Assembly: GCF_964204865.1 (NCBI RefSeq)
Contig: NC_135250.1
Location: 28,582,001-28,646,000, forward strand
DNA: 64,000 bases
Reading direction: 5' to 3'
DNA from: Styela clava
Taxonomy: Eukaryota
Shown here: positions 50,831 through 63,700 of the stretch, in pieces
Layout: every line of letters begins with the position of its first letter
Position numbering within the stretch: the stretch's first letter is position 1
Made by a program: the position numbers and the translations under genes
The notes under the pieces: generated by a model
Told to the model about the DNA's origin: nothing
What the model saw: the letters and a program-made list of their open reading frames with translations, nothing else
Databases searched by the model: none

Positions 50831-51966
50831 TTTATGTTCATTAAATTCGTATAAAGCTTTTTTACAATGAAATATTTTTTTGGAAAATATTTCATTGATG
50901 TACTTAAATGCTTCACAACCCTTATATTGGTATCATTTCACATTGTACTGGCCGCTAGATGCCAAGCTTTGAGTAAATAGTACAAAATATATATAAATAT
51001 GCTCAGAAGCACATTTTAAATATGAGCTATAAAAATGCCGGAACAGCATATATAATATTTTCAACAAGAACTATTTCTATACAAAACAAGCTTGTCAAAG
51101 AAATTGACTTATACTAGAATCATTACTTTTTCAGGTCGCTCCAAATTTATGGGCAGTTCATTTTGACCCTAAACACTTTGCAAACCCGGAAGAATTTCGA
51201 CCTGAGAGATTTCTCGATCGTGAGGGAAAATTCATAAAATCAAATTACGTGATCCCTTTTTCAATAGGTCCTAGAAGTTGGATCGGAAAACAACTGGCCA
51301 AGATGGAGATTTTTATCTTTCTAACTGGGATAGTACAAAAGCTAAAGGTTTTGCCCAACTCGAAGAAACCCCTCCCGTCCTTTCATGACGGTGGATTCAG
51401 CTTAATCAGTTACCAACCTCAGAATTTTGAAGTCATTTTTGAAAAACGCTGAACAAATTTTGTTATATCTTGTACATAAGAACATTATAAAACGGGTGCT
51501 TTAACTAACCCAAAAGTGCGAAACTTGGAAAATTTACTAAACGTATATTACAGACCTTTAGACTCGTGTAACCGTGTAACTTTATATTAAAATACTCTGA
51601 TAAAGATTGATCGAATCCCTGACTAGATACTAGATAAAAGGATACTTATTTTTTTGTAATATTTTTGAATAGTCTTTTTTTGAAATATCTTTATCATGAA
51701 ACTATATAACGTGCTTCTGCCATTACAGTGAGTAAAAATAGAGCTGAATCGTTTATTACTCCGAAACTTGAAATTTGTTTGATGTGGGTTCAAATGTATA
51801 GGAATAACTGTATGAAAATTACAAAGATTTTATTTACGAAAGTTGCAGAAACTGACAAAGCTCCGATAATAAACAAACTTAGATGTATATTTCGGTATTA
51901 ATTTTATGCATATTTGCAGAATTAAATAGATAAATACTCTTAAGGAGTATAAAGAAAAAAATTGCC

Positions 51967-52157
51967 GCCGCCCTAGAAGTGATAATTTTGTTTGCGTACT
52001 ATACTTCAAGTTGTGTAGACGGACTGGAACCTGTGGCAGAGGTATATCCACTTGGCTATCACAGACAGTCTCTGAACTCGTAATATAACTAAAATAAGGA
52101 AAATCGGAATAAAATTATGGCCCATTCCTAAGCAGGTGCACACACTACGGGAGTACC
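51967..52157. mobile_element. MITE family copy
   Basis: Paralogous to 38958-39168 within the segmental duplication. Confidence 0.8.
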
Positions 52158-53715
52158 AAATTGCCTATATAAAAAGTATCAATGAAATATGATAAGATTT
52201 AAATCATATATAATGATTTTATGAATAATTTTATCCCATCAGGCCTCGATTGTCTAACAATTTTTCTTCAACTTATAATCTTCTTAGGGATTCAGATCTG
52301 CGAAACCATGAAGTGCAATCTGCGGCTCGAGATGTTTTATACTTTCAGCACAATGAGTAAAAATCCGCGTAATTTGTGCGTTGTACAGTCAAATTCCGAA
52401 GCCATATCTGAATATTTTAAATACTTCATATGCCTGGTAAAGGAAGACCGAAAATATGGAACTTAGATCATTTGGAACATATTTGAGATAGAACTAAACT
52501 TTTGTGCAAATCATCCAAGATTTCTTAAACTTTTTGGTGCAATATACACAATTAAAAAATCAGAAATTCAAGTTTTTCGGGGGGCACCCTGCTAACTTAA
52601 AATAAATTTATTCTACTGTGTCTTGTCATAATTATTCAAGCACTTGTAAGGCAAGGTGAGAAGATTTCTGGATGACCTCAAAACATTGCATTCGATCTCA
52701 TATCGTACAGGAGTTACATACAGGCTTTAACGTCTTGTGTAAGGCAGGAATTAGAATTAAATATTTTCCATCAGGCAAACTAACAAATATCGAAAAGAAG
52801 AAATAATTCGGAATTATTGTTCCAATCTGTTGGCAAGGGATTAGCAGTTGTAGCATTGAATTCAAATAGGTCTTTGTTGTAGTTGATCAAACCGCCCGTG
52901 TTTTACCCAGATTGTAAAAATTTGTAGCAAATATCAATTTATTGTAAAGATGTCGTATCATTTTCCATTTGTTTCCAAGGTATTACTGACCGCTTTGAGT
53001 ATTAATATTTTCATTAATAAAAATGGTAATCTCATTACAATCAAAATTTTACATTTATAATATTAGAACATATACGATTTATCCTAAATGATTCAAGAGT
53101 CTTGCTGCACACTATAACATCAATATATTTCTGTAACGTTTCGTCTGATCAAGGTTAGACTTCTTCAGACATACATAGTTCAAAAAAAGCATAGAAGAAA
53201 GATAAGTAGTTATTCTCGCAGAAACCAAAGCGATAGTATTAATTTACGATTTGCTCTTGGTTTTATGGAGGAATGTCAATTGTGTTGGATTGGAATGGCT
53301 ATACGTCTTATCTATTTATCTCATTTGTTTGAATGGAATATGAAATTGCGAATAGAATTTTTTGCAATTATATTGGATAATTAATATTGGAAATGTTCTA
53401 GATATCACTGTAAGAAATGACGTAATCCTAAAAGTCAACGAGAGCGTTTATATTCACGCAAGGGGGCAGTACATAAAGTAGAATGAAACGAAAGTAAATA
53501 GCGCATTACGCAAATTCTATCTGCATCAATTGAAACTTATTCATTATTATCATATTACGATATCACGTGATTCATGTTATAAACTATATCGAGTTATTCT
53601 TATGTAGTACACGTTTTCATGTACAATCAACATGGTCTATGAGTCGTAAGCCGTCATGACGTGAGCACGCATAAAAGATATACCATAATCCGTATTTCTA
53701 AGGAACGCTACTTTA

Positions 53716-54470
53716 TTACTTATCAATTTTAATTGGTANNNNNNNNNNNNNNNNNNNNNNNNNNNNNNNNNNNNNNNNNNNNNNNNNNNNNNNNNNNNNN
53801 NNNNNNNNNNNNNNNNNNNNNNNNNNNNNNNNNNNNNNNNNNNNNNNNNNNNNNNNNNNNNNNNNNNNNNNNNNNNNNNNNNNNNNNNNNNNNNNNNNNN
53901 NNNNNNNNNNNNNNNNNNNNNNNNNNNNNNNNNNNNNNNNNNNNNNNNNNNNNNNNNNNNNNNNNNNNNNNNNNNNNNNNNNNNNNNNNNNNNNNNNNNN
54001 NNNNNNNNNNNNNNNNNNNNNNNNNNNNNNNNNNNNNNNNNNNNNNNNNNNNNNNNNNNNNNNNNNNNNNNNNNNNNNNNNNNNNNNNNNNNNNNNNNNN
54101 NNNNNNNNNNNNNNNNNNNNNNNNNNNNNNNNNNNNNNNNNNNNNNNNNNNNNNNNNNNNNNNNNNNNNNNNNNNNNNNNNNNNNNNNNNNNNNNNNNNN
54201 NNNNNNNNNNNNNNNNNNNNNNNNNNNNNNNNNNNNNNNNNNNNNNNNNNNNNAAAGCGAGATTGAATCTGCTCCAGATTTTGCATGTGCATTCATCATA
54301 TGTCGGACCAGAAGCCTTTTGATTTTGAATGAATTATGTCGTATAATTAGCGAGTTATTAATTAATTAGTGATGGTACACAAGGTGTCATTATGGAGTAA
54401 GAGCGCTTTTTTGGTGGGATCCCCTAACTTTCGATCGATAAATCTTCGGTCTCTGACCGATATTCTCGTT
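53716..54470 (-). mobile_element. DINE-1/Helentron-like element (reverse copy of 24578-24874) spanning the assembly gap
   Basis: 54254-54470 is the reverse complement of the element's 5' part (ends ...gaccgatattctcgtt), and 53716-53738 matches its 3' end. The paralogous CYP-C promoter shows the empty site ctttatt|aaattttt at about 41475. Confidence 0.8.
53739..54253. other. Assembly gap (515 N)
   Basis: Run of n. Confidence 1.
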
Positions 54471-55171
54471 AAATTTTGGAAGGTGCTTGCCGATTTCAAT
54501 CTTTAACAATTTGAGAAAAATGTTTATTGTGCGTTTCAGCATTTTCACGTCAGACTATACTTATATCGTAAATGTCGAGCAAAGTTTTAAAACATGTATT
54601 GAACAAATATTTACGAAAATTTGAACCGTGTATATTCGAGGCAGACCAAATAACGCACACAATATACTCAGTCAGTCAATCGTTTATTTGTCGTCACAAA
54701 AAAAAAAATTAATAAAGTTATTTAATTTAGCGATTCGTAAAATTATATAAAACGTTTGCATTGAACTTATATATCGCAGACTCAGAGGAAACAACGTATA
54801 ACAAATTTATACTTATGTGTGAAAGTGTAATGACTTGCGCTTTGAACCTGATTAGTATGATATTCAACTAAGACATACTTAAGGCAATACGTTGGAGATT
54901 TTTAATTCACATGGATTGTATGTATTTCTCTAGAACTGTATATTTCTCCGACAATGCAGAAATGATAATTAGTTTGACTACGTAGTGATACTGTCGTCCT
55001 CTACCTATTGATTGTCTGCCGATCTTATGAACTATTCGGGGCTTTCAGGCCTTATCGTACTGTTACGAAACGCGACTATTTGCTTTATATATATTTAAGT
55101 TTTACCTTTGTTCATAGAATATATCGTATATTTTATCGAAGGATTGACGTTATCTTAACGAAAACGAAAAT

Positions 55172-58100
55172 ATGTCTTGGACTGCCTCTTTCGATTACGC
55201 TACGAGTTTTGTTGGTGTTTCGACCTTTATATTCTGCTTCTATATGATGAAAAGACCAAAGGGTTTCCCACCTGGTCCTTATGGACTTCCAATTGTCGGG
55301 TATATCCCATTCATTGGAATAAATCCCGGAGAAACTTTGCGACAATTGAAGGAAAAATATGGATCTGTGATGTCTGTACAAATGGGGCGAGATGATTGGG
55401 TTATATTGAATGACTTCGACACTATTAACGAGGTAAGAATTGACAGTATTTGTTTTATTTGAACGCAGATTAAAAATTGAAAGTTCGAACTACATGCAAA
55501 CAACGTCGGTAAATGGGATTATTTTGAATATGTCGAAACGAGTAGTATGACGTTTGTAAATTATAATTCACTTTCTTTTTACAGGCACTCGTGAAACAAG
55601 GAGATAAATTTTCTGGACGTCCAGAAAATTATGTTTTTGATCTTATAACAACAGGTCGTGCTCTAGTCACTAGAGATTTTGGATCTATTTGGAAAGAGTT
55701 GCATAAGTTTGGATTGATGACTTTAAAAGGGTAAATATTTATACAAACTATTATTGTAGAACAATTTTCGACTGATTTTTACATGACATTACACGTCTTT
55801 CATTTTCACGACTGATTTTTACATGACATTTTCTCACGCTTTTGATTCTGATTATGTAATCCCACACTCATTCCTGAAAAATGAAGTTCAATATTTCATT
55901 GGGGCTGCAGTTTTTCGGTTCACCATGGCTTACCCACATTTTTGCAAACTGATCCCAACTTGTGGGGAGTAAATTGAAACCGATATATTTTAATCTGCGA
56001 TTGAGACCAAATCAAGTTAACGCTTTAACAAAGTTAAAAACAGTGATCGCATAAATCGCTAATTTTGCCGATTTATGTTCACCGGTATCCCGCCGAAAAG
56101 CAGCTAGACATCGGTCTCCCCAAAAAGTGAATAAATGAGAGGGATAAGACCCTTTCTAATAAATCAAAATCTGTCTTCCGAACATAAGCAGTTCACTATG
56201 AAAAAAAATTCAGATTTGGTGTCGGCAAGAAAGGAATGGAGGCAAATGTTATCGAAGAAACACCTTTTCTAATAGAAAATTTGACAAGTAAAAACGGACA
56301 AAGATTGCATGTATGATACTATTGTCATACTTAATCCTTGATAAATATGATAAAATGTAGGAAATAAATGTGAATTTGATTTTTTTTGATAAATGAATGT
56401 TGATAATAGTCAATCAAAATTCTTTTTTAATTTAATAAAATATAAAAGTTGGAGTCACTATTTGGTCATTTGAATTCAATTTTCAAAACGATTATCTTAC
56501 TTATCAAAAAGTACTACAAAAACGAGATATCAATTAAACAATACCTTTAATCTAGTATAATATTTTTAAAACGATGTGAGTCATCGTGTTCCAATATGTG
56601 AGCATCACTCACTTTCTTCCTTTAAATTTGTATTCAATTTTCTTGTTTATATTTTAGGCGAAGCTATTTCTAGCTGTGTCAAATATTATTTGCCGAGTCA
56701 TATTAGGTTCGAGGTTTGAATATAATGACAAAAAATTCAATCACATGCTGGAAATCGTTCAGAAATAGTAAGTTTATACTAATTTTGTTTATATAATTTT
56801 TGTTGTAAATTTCGGATTTTTTTACATCCACGTCATTTGCCTCAAAATGTCCGCAAACTGAAATTCATTGATAAGTTATGAGCTGCTATCATATGATTCC
56901 GTCATAGGATTTCCAATCTATTACAATCCGGGTGGGGAGCAGGGATGAGAATTTAACGCGTGAGATATTACATGTGCTGCCAACATAGCAAAGTCTGTCG
57001 CATTGTACGCTTGGCCATTGCGCTAATGTAACGTTTAGTGTTGATCAGGTAATTTTGAATTCATGCCGATCTATATGACCTGCCGGGAACCCCGGAAGTT
57101 CTTAAAGTTGTAAACTTTACCAATACAAATGACATTCCTGATCTAAAATTAACATAAATAAGAAGATGATATGTTCAAATGGTGGAAAAATGTAGTTAGA
57201 AATATAAAATGCCAAATTAATTCTCTTAAAAGTGATTCAAGAGTCTTACTTCACACTAACACAAATATATTTCTGTAACGTTTCGTCTGACCAAGGTCAG
57301 ACTTCCTAAGCTTACATAGTTCTTTATTTATATATATAGTTTATACATATATTTCGCTCTAAGTATTTATAGTCTTATAACTTTGGTACTAAAGTGATCG
57401 CCCGTAACTTTCAGAGATCGATGCATAATATCTCCGATAGTGTGTGCGTGACCATGATTTGTGCGAATTTTCACATACATGTTCATATAACTAATTTTTA
57501 ACAATGAAGAACGATAAAAATATGATAGTATCCATTGATATGCGGGGAACTACTAAATACAACGCAAAAAACATCCCTCTACTAGCAGTCACTGCTAAGT
57601 CCGGGGCCCCTATTTTAGCAGTAAGATTTATTATATATATGCAACATCGCCTATCAAATTTATTACACCCCGGTAATACTGTAATTATTACATCTACAGT
57701 GCCGAAAACACAACGCATTCCAAACTCTTGACAGCGTTGTCATTGGCCCCACTGTTACGATTCTTCCCGCCATTCAAAGGAGTTGCAAAGATTACCAAAG
57801 ATGATTCAAACAGTATGTTAGGTAAGATATATTTTAGTATTTGGTTGAAATAATTCTATTTGCATCTTGAATTCAAACGTTGATCTAGCATTCACTCGGT
57901 TCTTCACAATTTAGTGGACAATTTGTGATCAACGGAATTCACTGAAACACGGTTGAGCTTGTCACTCGTCCCACATGTATAGGATTGTACACTACCTATA
58001 ATTTTGACATACACGAAAATGTGCGAGACTTGTTCTTTATTTTTGGTATAAATTGTTGTTATATCCAGACACTGAAATATTGTAATAAACTGTGAAAGAG

Positions 58101-60405
58101 CAGATAAATTACCTATTAATATGGCAAAACTGAGTTGTTTTATACGACCTTTTATTCAAGGTATACGGTACAATCATTCACTGCTAAGTATTGAGCTAGT
58201 TTATTCTAAAAGAACCAAAACCTTCCGGTTTGAAATTGTCCACAAAATTTCTTACACCCTGGGTGAGGTGATGGAAACGGGATTTGATTCCCAGATTTTC
58301 GATCTAAAATACCAACTTAGTTTAGTCGAAAGCCTACAGTCTTAGGACATCGCACCGAATTTAACACATTGTGTGGTTTTAGGTTACTTACGTGAGATAG
58401 TCGAGAAGCACGAATCCAACTTTGACGAAAACGACATTCATGACTTCATTGATGCCTTTCTAGTTGAGATGAAAAGAAGCAAAACGAACAATAAAAGCTT
58501 CAATGTGAGTTGTGTTCGCTCTAATTCAAGTATTCTAATAAAAACATTCGTCATTTGTTTGCTCGAATCTTTATCTACGGCCGATCGGTGATTGATGAAA
58601 ATACCAAAGAAAAATATTTATATATATTTGTTTGAAATTTAAGATTTGAGCATGAAAAAACTTAAAAATATTTTTGCGTAAATGTAATCTCAATTAGATT
58701 GGTTCATGATGCAAGAAAATTTCTTTCTCGAAACACCAAACTTGTCATGACTGACTTAAAAAAATCTGATCGATCGTTTAAAATTTTATTTGTATATTCT
58801 TTCATATAATATATAGTCCAAACATATTACCAACAATCACTAGTTTTTAAATATTATATTTAGAAACAAATGCTCATTCAATTCATTCGAGATCTTTTTG
58901 ACGCTGGATCAGAAACAACAAGCACAACCTTAGCATGGGCACTGTTGTGCTTTGGAAATTATCCAGAACGCCAAGAACGAATAGCAGATGAAGTTATGAA
59001 AACACTGGGTAGGAAGAAAAACTTTTAGCCAAATTTTCCATTTAATCACAGATTGTGTTCATTTAAATTCAAAAATTCCATTAAAATTTAATGTGAAATT
59101 CATTCGAACATTAATTTATCATAGCTACGATTATAAGGAACGGACAAATACTTATTGAGATATTACCCTACCAATGTTAACGGAATGGTATTCTAAACTT
59201 TTTGATCTTTAATAAATTGCTTTAGTACCTAGTACTCATGCTTCGTATTCAAATACTTTATCTTGAAATCGAAGATTGAGGCAATATCTTATGGCAATCT
59301 TTTTATCGAGGGTCTTAATTTAGTTTATCTACTTAATCGAAAACAAATGTGAGAAAGAAATCTAGAATAGAAAACAATAAAATGATGAACTGGCGGAATA
59401 ATTATGAAAATTATCATTTGTTAAATAGTGTTTGCTTATTTTAATACTAAACAAAATTTCACCATCATTCAACAGGTGAAGACGGTGTACCAAGTATGAA
59501 ACATCAAAATGAAATGCCTTATACATGTGCTTTCATACATGAATTAATGAGACATCGAACGTTAGCCCCATTGAGTGTATATCACAAGACCAACGAAGAA
59601 GCGACTCTTGATGGATACACAATTCCTAAAAACACGACGGTATGTAGTGGATAAAAAAATTCCTTCAAAAGTGTTTACCTCAAAAAGACTACATTAATGA
59701 TGCTATGCACGCAAATGATGTGGTTGCTGAATTTAAATCTTAGAATAAGTCTCGTGATATTCAAGTTGGCAACAAATATTATACAGAACAGTGGAACCAA
59801 TCAACTGCGTACAATGAAAATTTTTTGTAAAATATTTGGCAGATGATGTAAATGATGAACAACTATTATATGTGTATAATTTCGCATTTTATTGACTGCT
59901 AAAGGTCTTGCTTTGATAAAATTCTACGAAATATAAATAAAAACCACATTTAGAATATAGAATATAAAATTGGTGAAATAGAAAATATAATTGTAACGTT
60001 GAAACAATTACAACAAAAACTATTTATACATGAAATAAGCTTGTCAATCGTTAGTGACTTATATTGAACTTATTATTAATTTTTCAGGTCGCTCCCAATC
60101 TATGGGCTGTGCATTTTGATCCCAAACACTTCGAAAACCCGGAAGAATTTCGACCTGAGAGATTTCTCGACCGTGACGGAAAATTCGTCAAATCAAATCA
60201 CGTGATCCCCTTTTCAATCGGCCCTAGAAGTTGCCTAGGAATACAACTGGCCAAGATGGAGATTTTCATCTTTCTAACTGGAATAGTTCAAAAGCTGAAG
60301 GTTTTGCCCGACCCAAAGAAACCCCTCCCGTCCTTCCATGACGGTGGTTTCAGCCTAGTCACTTACCAACCGCGTGATTTTGAAGTTATTTTTGAAAGAC
60401 GCTAA
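55172..60405 (+). CDS. Cytochrome P450, clan 2 (CYP2-like), CYP-D; intact, 494 aa
   Basis: Exons 55172-55432, 55585-55730, 56214-56310, 56658-56767, 57700-57821, 58383-58504, 58864-59008, 59476-59639, 60088-60405 are all GT-AG and total 1485 nt in an open frame. Motifs: [44 protein letters not shown]. Confidence 0.93.
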
Positions 60406-60789
60406 ATGACTTGCGATATATATCTTGTACATAAGAACATTATAAATCGGATGCTTTAGTCCAGAGGGTCGTAACTTGAACAATTTAGTAAACGTTTATC
60501 ACAGATTCCTAGAATCCTGTAACTTTTCATTAAAATCAGTGATGAATATTGCTCCAATCTCTGACTAGTTAGATACCAGCAGCTTTACCAGCAGAAATTT
60601 TTTATATTCTTTTAAATAGTCTTATTTTTAAATTCCTACATTCGTCCACTTGCTTTATTCTTTCATTACCCTGAGCAAAACAGAACTTGAATTTTAATTA
60701 CTCCACAACTTGTGATTTGTTTGATGTGGTTTCAAATGTATATATTTCACTGTATGAAAATTATGAATATTTTATTTACAAAAGTTTAA

Positions 60790-63700
60790 CTTTGACTTTG
60801 AAATAACTGGTGTTTCACTTAGATAAAATTGACATTGAAGAAAGCTCCGGTGATAAACGAATTCAGATGTATGATTCGGTATTCATTAAAAAATAAATTC
60901 CCTTAGGTAGTATATAAAATTGATAGTTGTATCATGAAATGACATTCCAACAATTTTTTGAGAAATCAAAACAGGTCAAATTTTGGAATTTGGCAATAAA
61001 CTGTACATATTTATGTAAACATGGATGCAAGTAGACTAAATAAATATGTTTTCAGCATTTACCGTCAACGCAAATTAATGCACTACATTTTGCAGACGTC
61101 AAACTAACATATGTGATTAACTGTTGACCTCCGCCCTTGCCGGGCCGTCAACAAGTTCTGAACAATTTTCCAAACAAAGTAATGTTCTGTGTTGCAATAC
61201 CTACATTTTTTTTTGCAGCAAAACTTCTTACAGCAAAACTTGATACATATCAATAATTTATAAATACCAATTTTATTTAATTAACTAATATCATGGTGTA
61301 TGAAGTCAGAAAATATAACTATGTTGTTGGAAATTGAAATATGTAATGTGGCTCATTCAAAATCAAACGAAACTTAGTTATTGCAAATACATAGAATCAA
61401 AATGAAATCAAAATGTTTCAAAACGAAATGGAATCGAGTACATTTACGAGTATTGTAAATACTATTGATACCATCATGAATTCGTAACAAATAAAGTCGA
61501 AGTTCACGACTCAGCAACCCTTTGCTTTATTTACCTAATTTATGTCGTTGAAGTATGGAGTGACCCCAAAGAAAACAGAATCCATAAATTTCCTAATTAT
61601 AACAACAAAAATGAAGAAAATTGACTTATAACTCAAACTTTTGTTAGTGTATAAATTCAGTAATCTTGAATTGTTTGCAAAAAAGGGGATTTTTTCTATG
61701 GAATATATTTTATATGGCCTAATCAGGTCCGTTTTGTTTTTAAATTTCACGATCGATCGATTGGATAATACGTACGAAAATAATTCCTATAATAAGATAT
61801 GCGACTAAATGTCGACACATTGTATTTTGTTAGCAATTTTTCTTTAACCATCCATACTTTCAAAGTGTTCAAATACTTTTTTTATATAGGAATTGTTGTT
61901 AAACCACGACAATGCACGAATGAACAATTCAAAATAAGATAATTACTAATTTTGAACCTTCAAATAGCCGTCATGTTCTTCGATGTTTTGCAAAAATAGT
62001 GATGCAAACTTGTTTTAAACAAGAATTGAACAACATTACTCATTGTTAGTATTCACATATAATCTTGACAATTTGCATAGAATTTTAATTTTTGTTTTTC
62101 AATCAATCTATTGTTAGTATTTAGTAGTTGATAAAAGCCAAACTAAAGCTAATTCTTGATTTTAGATATGACCTTGAGCTAAATACTTGAATAAATTTTG
62201 AGGTCATTTATTTTGATTGAGTTTAATGATTTTTTCTAAACATTAAATATCTTGATATCAATTTACTGCTATTGCTTTGTAAGATGCTATTGACGTTTTG
62301 AGGAATATTTTAAGGATTTTAGTTTTACTGTAAATTCGTTTATCGAGTGCAAGTAACTATCCTGTTCAATATATAAAAGAAACTGGCACTTTTTCTGTTG
62401 AAAAAAATTAAAATTGAAATGGGAAGTAATGTAAAAAGTATTAAATGTTTCATTTGCAAAAAAATATATTTGTCATTTGAAATTGTGCAACATTACATTA
62501 CTTTTTGTGAATGATAAATAGCGACCTCTCGTGACGGTTAGGTATCAAATTTGAGCAACATTTTCATGGAGGATTTTGGCCATCATTCTCATGGAATCCA
62601 ATAATACATCTAATAATATTAAATTATTGAACTATTTGAAAACTGATATTGGAATTTTAACGACATCGCCCATTGTTATTAGTTGGATAGTACGGATGAG
62701 ATGGGAATTAGGGAAAACACAGTTTTGTAGGTTTTGTAGGTTCTGGAAATAAAAAGACATCCAACACAAATGTGACCATTTCATTCCTGCGCATTGATCC
62801 ATAAAACTTTGGAAGCAATGATTTCACCTAATCTTGGAAGTTAAGCTGCTAATGTCTGGTCCACACGTAACGTAGCAATATATTATTTGGTACTATCGCA
62901 CTGTGTGTACCAGATAGGCTTAAATCATAATTTTATTCCGATTTTCCTTATTTTAGTTCTAGGATTAAATCGAAAGTTTGGCTCCAAAGTGACTTTGAAA
63001 AAACTGGAAAAAGTGTTTTAACTGCCACTTAGATAAAATTAACAATAAGGAAAGCTCCGATGATAAACAAATTCAAACATATAATTCGGTATTCAATAAC
63101 AAGTAAATTCCTTTTGGTAGTATATAAAACTGATTATTGTATCATGAAATGGCATTCCAACAGTTTATTGAGAAATCAAAATTGGTCACAGATTTTGGCA
63201 TTTGGAAATAAACTGTACACATTCATGTAAACATGGGTGCAAGTAGACTAAATAAATCTTTTTTCAACATTTACCTTCACGCGAATTTATGCACTACATT
63301 TTGCAGACGTCAAACTAACATGTGTTATTAGTTGTTGACATCCGTCCTTGCCGGGCCCTCAACAAGGGCTTATTGAGGTTCTGAATATGTTTCGTGTTGC
63401 AATACCTTCCAAACTTTGCTTTTTGCAGCAAAACGATTTACTGCTAAACCTAATAAATATTAATATTTTATAAATCACAATTATATTTAAATAAATAATT
63501 TCATGGTGCAAGATGTCAGAAATATATAAATATGTTGTTGGATATTGAAATCTGTAACGTTGTTCATTTTTCTTTAAACTAATTACGGCGCTGCAGAAGT
63601 GTGTGTACCAATATGGAGGAAACAAATTTTATTCGCCTACTTTACATCAAGTTATGTAAAGCGACTGTAGCCTATGGGCAGTGGGTATATTCACTTGGCT

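Larger units (their letters stand above)
42196..51452 (+). pseudogene. CYP2-like CYP-C: full 9-exon structure with several inactivating lesions
   Basis: Exons 42196-42457 (262 nt, +1 A frameshift vs CYP-D), 44658-44803, 45241-45337, 45819-45928, 46755-46876, 47423-47544, 47917-48061, 50436-50599 (acceptor AG>GG at 50434; ExxR>ELMK), 51135-51452 (heme Cys>Trp, TGG at 51279-51281, FSIGPRSWIG). Confidence 0.9.

Noticed and set aside
31028-51452. Treating CYP-B and CYP-C as two assembled alleles of one gene
   Set aside because: Their 5' halves and introns differ substantially, with distinct insertions, and the mosaic similarity pattern fits unequal crossing-over better; read depth would settle it.
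53637-54299. Long ORFs of 177-220 aa in the ORF track
   Set aside because: Artefacts of translating the N gap.
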